DNA of 64,000 nucleotides from Chiloscyllium plagiosum (GCF_004010195.1 NC_057718.1:93398561-93462560), one strand, 5' to 3'. Shown: positions 37,551 to 51,604, numbered from the stretch's first letter. Numbers and translations are program-made. The notes: generated by a model not told the origin, from the letters alone.

Positions 37551-38177
37551 AAATAGTTACTCAGGAATAATTTGTCTATGAAGAATCTAGTCTACCTCTT
37601 GAGTGAATATGAAACTGACACCCCTATTCCCCCCAACCAAACCCTACCTCAGATGCATTCCCCACCCTGCCAACTACACTTCTCCCAAACCCCTTAGGGC
37701 CATGAGACCCTCACCCAAAATGCTCCCTCAAACCCCGGGATCTTACAATACTTTCTACCCTCAGGATGCTACATACCCTGCCACTTGTCCTGACCCCTCA
37801 CAAACTGCCTCAGGATCACCCTACTTCAGAAACCCCCTGCCATTGGACCTGACACCCCGAGCTAATACACTTGCCCCTGTCATGACAACAGACACTATCC
37901 ACCTTGAAGCCAACACACCCTCCACTCCCAACCTGGTACTTCCTAGCCAGACCAAGCTGAGCTCCTCTAAACACTCCATCACTTAGCTGTCTCTGGGGGG
38001 CACCTTGTGCCTTGGCACCCTATCCATCTGGCATCCTACGCCTCCTATTTTTCATCTTGTGTTGCCCTTTGAAGACCTTATCCAAAAGCTCAGCTTTATT
38101 TCCTATACCCAGGTGGATCTCCCATACCCACTCTCTTATCTCCTCTGTTGTTGATAAATGATCAGACTGCTTATAAA

Positions 38178-38530
38178 ACCATAAGACCAGAAGACATAGG
38201 ACCAGAAATTATGCCATTCAGCCCATCGAATCCACTCCGCCATGCAATCATGGCTGATAGGTTTCTCAAGTTGAAGAGTGTGGTGCTGGAATTGCACAGC
38301 TAGTCAGGCAGCATCAAAGGAGGAGAATCAACGTTTCAAGCCCCAGTCTCCCACTTTCTCCCCATCACTCCTGATCTGCTTGACAATCTTTCTATCTCCG
38401 TCTTAAATATACTCAATGACCTGACCTCATTGAGTATATGGCAATAAATTCCATAAATTCACCACTCTCTGGCTGAAGAAGTTTCTCCTTATCTCCATCC
38501 TAAATGATCTTCTCTTTACTCTAAGATCTA
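38178..38530 (-). mobile_element. CR1 3' end with a PLE family A fragment inserted (~38270-38340)
   Basis: (cataagac) tail, CR1 UTR; gtgctggaattgcacagctagtcaggcagcatc. Confidence 0.75.
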
Positions 38531-38559
38531 ACATCCAATATTAACTGATGTGAAACTTC

Positions 38560-39110
38560 CTCTGATTAAATACTGATAAAATGGAAACCAGTGTCTTTTG
38601 TTTCTGCTCTACACATCTATCCATAGCGACTGACTTTATCCATCTCCCTGGTAACCGTCTGAAGCTGAACTAGACTGTTCATTGCAGTCAAACTTGGTAA
38701 CTCAGAAATGTGTTTCCGACTATATGTCTCTGCCATTGTGGAAGTGGTGGATTTTCATCTCCACAACACTATCTGTTTCACACTTACCTCGGTTCATCTG
38801 CAACCAACCTCCTCGTCTGCATCTTTGGTGCCTCGAGACTTGGTTCTTCCAAGAGTCTGCTCCCTGTGTCCTTCAAATCTCCACACCTTGCTTCCTATTG
38901 TCCCAGTGAGCTGCCTTGGTAAATTCTTGTCTTTGGTTTCAAATCCATACATGTCCTCCCTCACCCTATCTCTGTTTACTCCTCTGGCCCAACAACCTTT
39001 GGGAAAGTTTGAACTCATTTAAATCTGGATTCTTGAGCACCCCTGATTTTATTGCTCCACCGTTAGCACATCCTAAACTCTGGAATATCCTCCTCATATC
39101 TCTCAAAATT
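38560..39110 (+). mobile_element. Degenerate L2-like LINE fragment
   Basis: Resembles L2 ORF2 3' region (atccatctccctggtaaccgtctgaagctgaac; cctaaactctggaat). Confidence 0.45.
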
Positions 39111-40129
39111 CAGAAATATTTGGGCATGGAGATGAAGACCATTCAGCCCATTGTGTCAATGCAAGCTGAAGAAACCCATTCAAATTGGACTTTCCAGTAC
39201 TGATCCATAACCTTGCAGGTTAGAATTCTTCTACTGCAGATATAGGCATCTTTAAATGAATTGGGGATTCCTTCTTTCACCACCAAACTGCGCAGCAAAT
39301 TCCAGACTCCCAACTTCTTTAGTTCTTTATCTCTCTAAGATATTCGTCACAAACTACTTGTTTTGTAAAGACCATATTGTTTTATTTTCCTTCATTTTTG
39401 ATTGTAGACTAAAGTAGGGAAAAATAAACAACTGTTGCAAAAACAAGTCACGGGAACCCATTGTGAACTGTGGCTGTTTTGCAAGTGGTGTAGGAGGAGA
39501 GAGAAGATGCAAAAGCATTGTGCAGTGATTCTACAAGAAGGTGTGTGCAGATGAGAGATTCAGTCAGATACAGGTAGCTAACTGGTCTGTGCAACAATGA
39601 TCAGTTATGGATGACGGAATTCATCAGCTCGATGACAACTCTCTGATTGGCTCCTGAGTAGGTGTACAGCTTGGGGGTTGCCAATAAAGAGAGAGAAGTC
39701 AACTGCTGAAGGAATAGATTCTGTGTCACTGTCCCTCAGCAGTCAAAGTAACTGAAGTGTGAATACAGTCGGTTATTTTATCACGTCTGTCGCTGTGAGC
39801 TGTTGTCTTTAATTAGCAATGAAGAGATTTGATAATTAGCGTACCAATCCTGGGTCATCTGTGAAGTGAAAGAATCTGAAGTAGGAGCTTTGAGAATAGA
39901 AGGTCTTGGAAAGCAATCAGCTGTCAGCAGTAATGTGGCATTGGGGCAGACACTTTGCGAGTGGCGGTGAAGCTGATTTGCCCGGGTGAGTCTTAGGCCA
40001 GTGCGGGTCAAAGCGTGCCCAGAGCAATGTAGAGTGAGCCCTCCCCGGGAAAGCCCAGCTTGGAGCACCTGTAGGCCTGTGGTTTAAGAAAGGACTTTCA
40101 TGTTTGACATTTTAACTTCCTTTCTTTAA

Positions 40130-41172
40130 TCTTATACACTTAATGGTAAGGTCATGGGGAGTGTTGCTGAACAAAGAGACCTCTTGAGTGCAGGTTCATA
40201 ACTCCTTGAAAGTAGAGTCGCAGGTAGATAGATTAGATTAGGTTCCCTACAGTGTGGAAACAGGCCCTTCAGCCCAACAAGTCCACACCAACCCTCCAAA
40301 GAGTAACCCACCCAGTCTTATTTCCCTCTGATTATTGCACCTAACACTACGGGCAATTTAGCATGGTCAATTCACCTGGCATGCACATCTTTCGATTGTG
40401 GGAGGAAACTGGAGCACCCGGAGGAAACCCACACAGACACGGGGAGAATGTGCAAACTCCACACAGACAGTTGCCCAAGGCTGGAATCAAACCTGAGACC
40501 TTGGTGCAGTGCTAACCACTGAGCCACCATGCTGCTGTGAAGATGGTGTTTGATATGCTTTCCTTTATGGGTCAGCGTATTAAGTATCGGAGTTGAGAGG
40601 TCATGTTGTAGCTGTACAGGATATTGGTTAGGCCAACTCTGGTCTCCTTCTTATCAGAAAGATGTTGTGAAACTTGAAAGAATTCAGAAAAGATTTACAA
40701 GGATGTTGCCAAGTTTGGATGATTGAGCTATTGGGAGAGGTTGAATAGGCTGGGGCTGTTTTCGCTGGAGCATCAGAAGCTGAGGGGTGACCTTATGGAG
40801 GTTTATAAAATCATGAGGGTCATGGATAGGGTAAATAGACAAAACCTTTTCCCTGAGGTGGGGGTGCCCAGAACTAGAGGATGAAGAGGTGGAAGTGAAA
40901 GGGAAAGATATGAAAGGGACCTAAGGGGCAACTTTTTCACGCAAAAGGTGGTGCATGTATGAAATGAGCTGCCAGAGGAAGAGGTGGAAGCTAGTGCAAT
41001 TACAACATTTAAAAAGCATCTGGTTGGGTATATGAATAGGAAGGGTTTGGAGGGTTATGGACCCAGTGCTAGCAAATGGGACTAGATTAGGTTGGGATAT
41101 CTGGTTGGCCTGGACCGGTTGGAACGAAGAGTCTGGCTCCGTGCTGTATATCTCTATGATTCTATGACTCTA
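40130..41172 (+). mobile_element. CR1 3' portion interrupted by an HE1-like SINE
   Basis: Collinear with 36670-37550 on both sides of the SINE. Confidence 0.9.
40231..40535 (-). mobile_element. HE1-like V-SINE
   Basis: Reverse copy nested in CR1. Confidence 0.9.
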
Positions 41173-41600
41173 ATTTTCTACTTTTATGCTAAAAAGATTG
41201 TTGTGCTGAACTTTTTAACTTATTTCTTTTTTTTTTATTTCTGTAACTAAGACTTTGTGCTGAGTTTCTTCATACCTAAGATGATGCCATGTGTGGTGAC
41301 ATTGCATGTTTTATTGTATCTTATATCCTATACTTGAGTACATGTGACAATAAGACCTAAATCTAAAATCATCAATTCTGTGGACTGGCGCTATTGAACT
41401 GTGCTTCCTTACTGCTTTTCTCCTCCATCAATAACACCTTTCTTAAAATAACTGTGTGTGTGTGTGCGTGTGCACATTTAGAAGTTTTAAAAAGGGAGTT
41501 AGAGTTTCAATTAACTGCAAACTTTAATCCAACAGCATTATATGTAGATAGTTCCTATGCCTGTGATAGATCTAATTTATTTGGAATAACGATTAGTTCA

Positions 41601-41943
41601 GGCAGCAGAGTGGCACAGTGGTTAGCACTGCTACCCCATAGCACCAGGGACCTGAGTTTGATTCCAGCCTCAGGCGACTGTCTGTGTGGAGTTTACACAT
41701 TCTCCCTGTGTCTACGTGGGTTTCCTCTGGGTGCTCTGGTTTCCTCCCACAATCCAAACGATGTGCAGTTTAGGTGAATTAGCCATGCTAAATTGCCCAG
41801 AGTGTCCAGAGATGTGTGGGTTAGGTGTATTAGTCTGGGGTAGATATAGGATAATAGGGGAATGATTTGGGTGGGTTACTCTTCGGAAGGTCGGTGTGGA
41901 CTTGTTGGGCCAAATGACCTGTTTCCACACTATAGGGATTCTA
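41601..41943 (+). mobile_element. HE1-like V-SINE
   Basis: A/B boxes, V-domain, tail. Confidence 0.9.
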
Positions 41944-42194
41944 TATAAAAACAATACGTTAAGTACAGTGACCTAGCCATTATTTTCTATCAACGTGATT
42001 CCATCAGGCAGGTAAATTGTGTTCTTCAATTAAGTCACTAATGTTTGTGACAAGGAGTCATGGGTTTCAAGCATCAATGCACTTTCCCAAGTGGGTCATC
42101 ATATTTTGACTGATCTGTTGGCCATGTTCCCTATTAGTGCCTCATGTAGTTGCTTTATTATGCTGCTGTGATGTGCATTCAGACATTCTGTTAT

Positions 42195-42611
42195 GTTCAA
42201 GATTTACAAGATTTACTGTTTTCCCTGGAACGTCTGAGGCTGAGGGGTGACCTTATAGAGGTTTATAAAATCATGAGGGGCATGGATTTTCCCTGGGGTG
42301 GGGGCATCCAGAACTAGAGGCCATAGTTTAAGGGTGAAAGGGGAAAGATTTAAAAGGGACCTAAGGGGCAACATTTTCACACAGAGCGTGGCATATATAT
42401 GAAATGAATTGCCAGAGGAAGTGGTGGAAACTGGTACAATTACAACTTTTAAAAGGCATCTGGATGGGTCTATGAATAGAAAGGGTTGAGAGGAATGTGG
42501 GCCGGGTGCTGGTAAATGGGACTAGATTGCGTTATGTTATTTGGTCGGCATGGACGAGTTGGATCGAAGGGCCTGTTTTTCTGTGCTGTACATCTTTATA
42601 ACTCTATGATT
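42195..42611 (+). mobile_element. CR1 3' fragment
   Basis: LRGDLIEVYKIMRG...FKRHLDG; tail. Confidence 0.9.
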
Positions 42612-42720
42612 TTAGCAGTGCTCCAAAAGCTAGTGCTTCCAAATAAACCTGTTGGACTATAACCTGGTGTTGTGTGATTTTAACTTTGTACACCCCAGTC
42701 CACCACCGGCATCTCCAAAT
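42612..42720 (+). mobile_element. PLE family B terminal fragment inserted in the CR1 tail
   Basis: Matches ~27545-27650; flanked by ctatgatt on both sides. Confidence 0.8.
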
Positions 42721-43763
42721 CTATGATTCTCAGATCCAGTGTAAACACAAGACGATATTGTTGCTGTTTATTTTACTCTAACCTCACCTCAATCACTTAT
42801 TTAACAATTCTAATCATGAAAAATAACCAAATCACCCATTTTCTGTTAAAATGACTGAAAACAAAAAGTGCAGGAGATCACAGCGGGTCAGACAGCATCC
42901 AGGGAAGGAGAGCAAACTAATGTTACAAGTCAAGATGACTCTTCATCAGAACTGTTACAATGTAATGCTGACTTCAGTAATGACTGACAATGGATTGAAA
43001 ATGAACAGGGAGTTACTTTACAGGATTTTACAGGGAACCAAAATCTAACCAATACTTGCAACCCAAACCACCCAGCGCAGGAACAAAGGAAAGCTTGAAT
43101 TCTCCAATAAGCATTCAGTTATCATCTTGACCCTTAGTGGAAAGTGGCTCTCCTGTGCAATTTATTTTCCCCCCTAGTGGTAAGGATTGGATCTGCTGCA
43201 ATTTCCAGGAGATAACCAAACCTGAATATTCTCAAACTGTAGGCTCTGCACGCATGATAACTTAATGGGATTCCAATAAACTTGTTGCACCCAGTGAATC
43301 AGAAGTTATGGATTTGGTGAAGACAACCAGAGGAAGTGGTTGAAGAGAACATTGGGAATCAAGAGGAAAAATGACCCATTATTTCTCCAAAGGTTTTTTT
43401 TAAACCAGATTCAACTGAAGTTGTTGCAGGAGACAAGGAAGACTATAGATCTCTACCTCTTGATAATGGCCACCTCCTGTCAGTAGTATTCTGGAAGCAT
43501 TTGTAAGCATATGATTTAAAATGATAAAGGTGGACTTTCCTTTCAGCTTTTGCCTTCACTCCTCTGAAGAAATCGCTGATCTTGACTCCACACCTCCCCA
43601 TGAGAGTGTGGACATGTAGAGTCAATGTTTGTTGGCAGGAACCAACCCAATGACCTGCAATGATGTTGGACCTTTTCATTTTGCCATGAGTTGTTCATAT
43701 TTGATCACAATTTGCAATCCAAATGTTTTGAGCTGCCATCTGATTTTAGCTGATCATATACAG

Positions 43764-44240
43764 GGGAGGCAATGGCCTAATGGTATTATCATTAACCCCA
43801 GAGACCCATGTAATGGTCTGGGGACCCAAGTTCAAGACCTGACATAGCAGATGGTGAAATTTAAGTTCAATACAATCTAGAATTAAGAGTGTAATGAAGA
43901 CCACAAAATCATTGTTGATTGTCAGGAAAAAACTCCATCTGGTTCACTAATGTCCTTTGGGGAAGGAAACTGCCATTGTTCCCGATGAAGTGCTCTTGAT
44001 CCAGACGTCGAGTCTCCTGCTCCTCGGATACTGCCTGACCTGCTGTGCTTTTCCAATACCACACTCTTGACTCTGATCCCCAGCATCTGCAGTCCTCACT
44101 TTCTCCTCGCTGCCAGCGTTACCTAGACTAGCTTACATGTGACTCCAGACCCACAGTAATGTGGTTGTCTCTTCAGTGTCAGCTGGGCAACAAATTCTGA
44201 CTCAGCCAGTGATGCCCTCATCCTGTGACTCAATTTAAGA
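43764..44240 (+). mobile_element. tRNA-derived SINE (second family) with a PLE family A fragment inserted at ~43978-44108
   Basis: A box tggcctaatgg, B box gttcaagacc; body is the reverse of 59258-59590. Confidence 0.75.
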
Positions 44241-44764
44241 AAAAGTGGGAAGTGAGTCTTGTACATCTTTGGATAATTTAGCTCGTAGTTCCATTTACCA
44301 TCCTTCTGCCTGTTATTACAGACCAGCCACAATCTCACTGACAAGCTAAATAAATGCCTGAAACAGCTGTTCCTATCTTCCTGTGGTGAGATGGAAGGAC
44401 AAATCTGTTCATACAAAGGACATCCTTATTTGGGAAGAAAATGTTGAAATGCTTTTGGATTAAAGTTCAATGCATTTTGGTTTTTTTGTTCCTTAATGAA
44501 CTATAGCAATCAAAATTAACTTGGGAAAATTGTCATGTTTACATAAATAATTCTGAAACCCGTTATGGGCCTCTGTTCTGAAAAGTTGGGATAATAGTAT
44601 TTCACATCGTTATTTTCCAACTGCTGATACAATGGGAGGAATGTGAAATCCTTGCTTCTGAAGAAGTGCTAATTTCTTAAGATCAAGGTAGAAACAATCA
44701 ATCCTGATGCACTTACAAAATTAATCTTTTGACCAACCTGAAGGAAAGTCACAATGTTTATGAG

Positions 44765-44949
44765 GAGAAAGTGAGGCCTGCAGATGCTGGAGATCAGAGT
44801 CAAAAAATGTGGTGCTGGAAAACACAGCCCGGTCAGGCAGCATCTGAGGAGCATTCCTGATGAAGAGCTTATGCTTGAAACATCGACTCTCCTGCTCGTC
44901 AGATGCTGCCTGACCTTCTGTGCTTTTCTAGCGCCACATTTTTTGACCC
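44765..44949. mobile_element. Fold-back PLE family A insertion with hammerhead-like core (44853-44888, +)
   Basis: attc CTGATGA A GAGC TTAT GCTT GAAA CA TC gact; perfect 15-bp flanking duplication cacaatgtttatgag. Confidence 0.85.
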
Positions 44950-45159
44950 CACAATGTTTATGAGTCCAACGAAATCGCAAGCTCATTGTGTTAATGGCTG
45001 AAGACAGATTGCATGCAAATTAAATCAGATATGATTCTTTTTAATAGCTCCTTCAATATTTCTGCACGGATTTGCACTTGGGTAGAGTCATCTGCTTCTT
45101 ATCACTAGGCCTGCTGCTTCCTTCTTTTTTTTTCTCTGACATCAAGTTCGTTTCACCTT

Positions 45160-45832
45160 GTTTTGGCAGCTTCAGGTGAGGAAGGAAGTTACGAGAGGCC
45201 GCTGCAACGGAGAATGCCATGTGAATCTGAGCATTCCTTGTGGCTGCGTCCTGGTGGCTGCTTTGGCTGGGCTACTTCGGCAGCGGCTAAAGACAAGGCC
45301 TACATTTCCTTGAGGCCTCTGGTGCGTCTTTGCAGTGGCATGGTTGGTCTGGTCCGGTCTAGGCTTCCTTTAGGCGGCAGCCTGGGAACTCCTTTGGCGG
45401 CTTCAGTGGCTATTTTCGCTGGCGTCGGTCTGGGTCTCCTTGTGACATCATCATTTTCCTCATCGTCGGGGCGGGTTCAGCCTGGGATTACAAGGTGGGT
45501 GGCGCTATTTGGGTCCTCAAGCCCAGAGCCGTCAAATGGTCTCAGTGGATTCTGTCTTAAATTCTCTTCTTTTTAATTTCGTTTTCTTTCCTTTTTCTAT
45601 TATATTACCGTGGAAGGCCTGTTATTCTGAACTTTTTATTTCTTTATTTTTCTAATTTATTGCAATGAATTTGTAATTTTGAAGATCTGAAATGCTGGAC
45701 TTTTTATTTCTTTATTTTTGTATTCTTTTCCCGAAGAATTTGTACTCACCAATCTGTACCTAGGTAAGTGGTGACTTATAAATGTTTCACTGTACTCATG
45801 TGAGGACTTGTGATAGTAAAAGCTAATTCAAA
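45160..45832 (+). mobile_element. Unclassified non-autonomous element: GC-rich 5' part, T-rich spacer, Rex1-like tail
   Basis: Same layout as ~39930-41370 (split by CR1); tail ctgtacctag...tttcactgtactc...gtgatagtaaaagctaattcaaa. Confidence 0.4.
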
Positions 45833-46803
45833 TACACTTCTCGTTCCCTCCTCATTGTTGCCCATATTTGGTTTCCTTCCTGTCTCCAAGCAAATTCAAT
45901 AATAAATGTTCAACCAACTCCAGAGTCTGAGTTTCACTTGTTTGCCAACAAATTCTGCAATCATGTACTGATCAAGCGCTGAAGATATTTTTTAAACAAC
46001 CTGTCCACCAATATTAAGGCACACCTCTGGAGCTAGTGGGACTTGAACTAGGTCCCCTGGCTTGGAGGTAGGAACACTACCATTGCATCACATGAGCTCT
46101 TGTGACAGTGCTGCATTGTTCTGTGTTTGATTATGTGAGCCTGGTAACTAATCTATACTCAACGTGCTTGATTGATTAAGCCTTGGTGTGGTCATAGCAA
46201 AGCAAATAGTTCAGAAGTTATTAGTTGAGTAATAAGCAGAATGCAGACAACGTGTGATTGCAAAGATATTTTAAACCTTGTAAATAAATTTCTTGTATAT
46301 CTAGAGATAAATGTTATTCCTGAATTGAAATAAGAAATATAAAATATGCAACACTATGCGCAACCCCAAAATTGACAGCACAGTTTGGAATTACTTTGCC
46401 CAAAGCCTGGCAATTTTGCTTGAACAAGCTTCAAGAAATAATGAGGTAAATGACTGTTTAAACTCTGCTTTTTGTGAAGACAACAGTTGAGGAGGTGATA
46501 TTTGTCGTGCTACAAGGTGAATGCCTTGCCATCATGAAGTTGCACTTTTAAAAAACTTTTAATAACCGCCTGAACCATTACAAGAGGTGAGAAGGATTCT
46601 TGTTTGAACCTGTTTTTAAAAATACAGCTCTCCCTCAGTCCTGCAGGAAAGTGTCCCAAAGAGCCTGCTCCCTCTTTTCTCCCAGCACTCTGCTGTGTTT
46701 GACATAACGGACTCACGTGACCCACTAAAACTCCCCTTCCCCTGGTTACTGATTTCCATTATCCACTACACTCTGTATTGCTTTTTTATTTTTAAACAGC
46801 ATG

Positions 46804-47119
46804 CAGAACAACCTCGGTTATCCGAACATCGATTATCCGAATTTTGGATTATCTGAACAAGGTCTCAAGGTCCCGATGCTTGGTAAAAACAATGACTGCA
46901 GATACTGGAAACCAGAGTCTAGATTAGAGTGGTGCTGGAAAAGCACAGCAGGTCAGGCAGCATCCGAGGAGCAGGAAAATCGACGTTTTGGGCAAAAGCC
47001 CTTCACCAGGAATACAGGCTGGGTAAACTGTGTTATCTGAACATTCGATTATCCAAACATTTGATGACCCGAACAAAATACTCACTGTCTATGTCCTTCG
47101 GATATTTGAGGTTACCCTG
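46804..47119. mobile_element. Tigger/pogo-like MITE (same family as 6390-7810) with a PLE family A fragment inserted at ~46885-47020
   Basis: cagaacaacctcggttatccgaac ... ttcggatatttgaggttaccctg followed by TA. Confidence 0.75.
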
Positions 47120-47596
47120 TACTATGCCCTAACCTGTCGGTTGGATGCGCAAAGTGTCACTGTCACCTCCAGGAACAGCAGAATGGTTCATGCATCCTTG
47201 TCAGATTGTCTGCTCTTTTGTTTCATTGAAGGATGTGGGAACTTGCTGTGCACACATTGTCATCCCATTTCTTTACATTACAACAGATCAAAAGCAAGCG
47301 ACTAGCCATGAAGGTTTTGGAGATGTCCTGAGGTCAGAAAAGATATTATAGAAATGCCAGTCCATTTGTTTGCAATATATTTCCGATTAGTAAGACCAGA
47401 GCAATATGACATTGGATTTTGGACGTTTGGAAAAGAGACATTCACTGCTCACTGCCCTGGCGGAAGATTGCATCGTTCCAGTAATAGACACCTGAGGCAC
47501 TGATCTACATTTTCTGCATCCACCTCTTTGTCAGGCCTCTCAGAAAGGATTGTTGGATGCTGCCAAGATTATGGTAATAGGATGGGGCGACAAAAT

Positions 47597-47904
47597 GCCT
47601 CAGCGGTTAACACTGCTGCCAGGGATCTGGGTGAGATTCCCGCCTCAGGCGACTGTCTGTGTGGAGTTTGCACATTCTCCCCGTGTCAGCGTGGGTTTCC
47701 TCCGGGTGCTCTGGTTTTCTCCCACAGTCCAAAGATGTGCAGGTCAGGGGAATTAGCCATGCTAAATTGCCCGTAGTGTTAGTTGCATCAGTCATGGGGT
47801 AAATATAGGGTAGGGTAATGGATCTGGGTGGGGTACTTTTCGGAGGGCCGGTGTGAATTTGTTGGGCCAAATGGCCTGTTTCCACACTGCAGGGAATCTA
47901 ATCA
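47597..47904 (+). mobile_element. HE1-like V-SINE
   Basis: V-domain and tail. Confidence 0.88.
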
Positions 47905-48496
47905 AGGACCAACTCTAACAAATGATGGCGGTGATCAACTTCTTTCAAAGTCAAAGCAGAAGAAATTGCCACCAAAACACATTTTCCTGTAATAATATCT
48001 GGCACAGCAACCAATTTGTGTCACTGCTGCTGATTTCAATCTCTTGCCTTGAGTCCAGCTGTGACTTAAGTACGATTCATTCACTGCTTATGCTAGTGAA
48101 GGAGATTACATTAGACCTTTTACTTCAGTGATCAAATGGATTGAGGTCTGTCAAAATAACAGGACTGGACACTTCTTCACAAAAGTGTAGCTAAATATGA
48201 AAGCAAGTGGCTCCTAAGTGCCTTAATTCCACTTGGCTAATGAGCTGACACTGGTTTACTTATTGAATCACACATCTTGTTGTGTGGTCATGCCAACTCA
48301 CTGTACTGTTTAAGCTGCAATTCATGATGAGGGTCACTGTTACCGTCCTTTTTAAGGGTTGAATCTACAGAGTCTGCTTGGTCTAGTGTAATAGACGATA
48401 ATGCTTTCCTGGTCTAACTAGATGAGGATTTGTATTGAACACAGCACACGTTAGCCACCACTTACAACTTATATTCGACAAGTATGCCTAACGATC

Positions 48497-49085
48497 CCGG
48501 GGATTGTTGCTGAACAAAGAGACATTGGAGTGCAGGTTCATAGCTCCGTGAAAGCGGAGTTGCAGGTAAACAGGACAGTGAAGGTGTTTAGTAGGCATGC
48601 CTTTATTGGTCAGTGCAATTAAGTTTAGGAGGTCATGTTGCAGCTATCCAGGACATTGTTTAGACCAGTTTTGAAATACTGCATTCAAATCTGGTCAAAT
48701 TCTCACCCTGAGAAGATGCTGGTAAGTCATTTCCTTGAACCACTGCAGTCTACATGATGTAGGTACACTGACAGTGGGGTTGCTAAAGGATCTGGATCCA
48801 GTTACCATGAAGGATTGAGTGGCGATCAATCAGGATGGTGAGTGTCTTGGAGGAGAACCTCAAGGTCATGCTGCTCCAAACATCTATTGCCCTTATCCTT
48901 CTAAATGTTAAAGGTCCTAAGTTTGGGAGGTATTGTACAGGGAGCCTTCCTGAGTTGCTGCAGTGCCTATTGTGGGTGGTACATACCATGGCTTCTGTGC
49001 TATCAGGAATAATGTTTAAGGTGATGAATGAGATAGCAGTCAGGTGGGTTGCTTGTTCAAGATGGTGTAGAGCTTCTGCAGAGTT
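48497..49085. mobile_element. Adjacent CR1 fragment (+, to ~48700) and old L2/CR1-group LINE fragment (-)
   Basis: Homology to 36690-36900 and to 59725-60070 respectively. Confidence 0.65.
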
Positions 49086-50885
49086 GTAGGAGTCATATGA
49101 TTCAGTTTGTTCGGTTCTTTTATACTGCAAAAAAAAAATGAAGTGTCATGGATTTCCACCTCCTTCCTCTCTGTTTCCAATCAAGACTTATTGCCCTGGT
49201 TCCTACTCTAACTCATCTCCACCAATGATCTTCTCAAACCTCAAAGATTTACCTTCCTTGCAAAAGCCAAGGTGCCTGCTTCCTGCTTGCCTGGGTCTCT
49301 GATCAGCATTCAGATCTGGGTTAGGTGAAGAACACTCTCCCTCATTTACCTTTCAGGACCAGACTAATTTCACTTTTCAAATGCTGCTGCTGGGGATATT
49401 TTTAGCTAGGAACAGTACACAGAGAGTGCTAAATAAGCAGGAGCCAGCAAATAAAGATTGGATGGGCTAAGCCATCCATATCAATTTTGGGGAAAGGGCT
49501 TTTAGGACAGTCTCATTGAGACAAAGGGGCTGAAGTGTGAGTTGATAGAGTCATCCATGCAGAGCCTGGAGAAGTTTGCTCTTCTATTCCACATCACCAA
49601 AGAATAACTCTCCAGATCTTTTCTGTCTTCAGGCCTGAACTTGCCTAACAGTGTGGTCATTGCAGTGTTCCAACTCCCAATTAAACTGCATCCTGTCAGC
49701 ATTATACAACACTGACTTTCCTAACAGTATGGTCATTCCCACTCAAATCCCTATTAAACTGCATTGTATTGTATTGGCATTATACAACTCCAACTTCCCG
49801 AACTATGTGAGGCTCTGTTTTCCTTTTGGCTTCTCATCCGCCTACAAGTTTCTGCAGGTTAAAATGGGCAGAAAAAAAAACCCCTCAAATTCCTTTTCAG
49901 CTGCCCTCACACCCAGTTTACTACCAGACTTAACACCAGCTCAATAGTCCTATCACTGCCCACTCTGAACAATCTGCATGCTACCATTATGCGCCCTCGG
50001 TCCTAACCTTTCAACCAAGGTTCCTCAGAAAACATAAAACGGTTTGTGTTTTTTAAACAGACCTTTCCACGAAGAAAAGGGACAGAAACATGTCACAGCT
50101 GTTCACAGGTAAAACTGAAAATGCACTTCAACTCTTCATTAGTTTTCCAGTGGTTTTGTTGGCCCACATTGTCACACAGTTACAGAATTTTTAATTTATA
50201 GCCGAAGAAACTACAAGCAAAAGAAATGTTTTTTTATTCTGTTTGTTTTTTTCTACTCTACAGTGTCCGAACCCAGGAAGTTCTTAGTAAATCATTTTTG
50301 CAGGAAATATTTGTCAAATATTATTAAAGCTGCAAAGGAAATTTGAGAGTTATTTACTTTAGCGCTTAAGTCACCTTATAAGACTAAGTTACATTTTAAG
50401 CATACCACATTTGTTAAATAAAGAGCTATTATACATTGATAAGGATTATTTTCTCGTTCATATTTCTCTGCTCCTTGTGTTTGACCTTCACCAACAAGTT
50501 GTGTGCTACATATTTTGAGAACAGTCTTCAGTGTTATGACAAGTATGTTGAGGAGGGACCACTGTGTAGGTCTGTTTTAATGTCATTTATTATTTTAATG
50601 TTTGGAATTCAGTTGGTGCACACAGTCAATTATCCGCTTGCAGTATTTTCTTCTCTGAAGGGAATGCTGAATGTTGCCTTTTGCTCTCACCTGTATGTTT
50701 TTTTTTCTGAAGGGTACCTGCATACATTCCACAGCTGATGCGATTCTTAAGATAAGCAGCAAAGAATAAGCTATAACCGCAGAACACAGTACATATTTAG
50801 CCAGATGGATCAGATTTCTGCTCAGTAGATGCACGTAGACAGAACAAGCCTCTCTGTGTTTTAAGATATGCAGATGTTTTAAAAT

Positions 50886-51210
50886 GGGGTGGCTCAGTGG
50901 TTAGCAGTGCTGCCTCACAATGCCAGGGACCCAGGTTCGATTCCAGCATTGGCTAACTGTTTGTGAGGAGTTTGCACATTCTCCCCATGTCTGTGTGGGT
51001 TTTCTCTGGGTGCTCCTGTTTCCTCCCACAGTCCAAAGATGTGCAGGTTTGGTGGATTGGCCATGCTAAATTGCCCATAATGTTCAGGTTAGGTGCATTA
51101 GTCAGGGGTAAATATAGGGTAGGGGAATGGGTCTGGGTGGGTTACTCTTCGGAGGTTCAGTGTGGACTTGTTGGGCCGAATGGCCTGTTTCCACCCTGTA
51201 GCGATTCTAT
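50886..51210 (+). mobile_element. HE1-like V-SINE
   Basis: A/B boxes, V-domain, tail. Confidence 0.9.
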
Positions 51211-51604
51211 TGATAATTCTATGAAACTGTTGCTCAGTTAGCATTCAAGTAATTGCCATCTAAGTGCCAGTGACCATGATCTCCCGAAGTTTCCAAAATT
51301 GGAAGAATGGATTTCAGTGAGGCATGGCACATTTCTGTTCCTAGTTTTATTGTTGTCCATCAGGATGTAAATCCTTCATCTCTTGCTACTTATCCCCATT
51401 CCACTCAATCTCAAATTACAAATCAACAAGCTGCATGCACTCCCAAGACTTTGCCAACTCTATGCTGCCTATGTGCCAACTCTGGGTGATTTTTGCTCTC
51501 CACACTTACACAGATACGGTTGGGGGCGTCTGACAGACTCTACCTATTCCCGACAGTTAAATGCCAGCTTTTCACGAGTCCATGCGCAACAGGGGCCTAC
51601 TCCT

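Noticed and set aside
37603..37986. Pro/Thr-rich 127-aa ORF
   Set aside because: C-rich low-complexity sequence with no domain or splice support
45163..45576. 137-aa ORF in GC-rich sequence as a host gene or CpG-island exon
   Set aside because: Non-ATG start, low-information peptide, and it lies in an element ending with a retroposon-like tail
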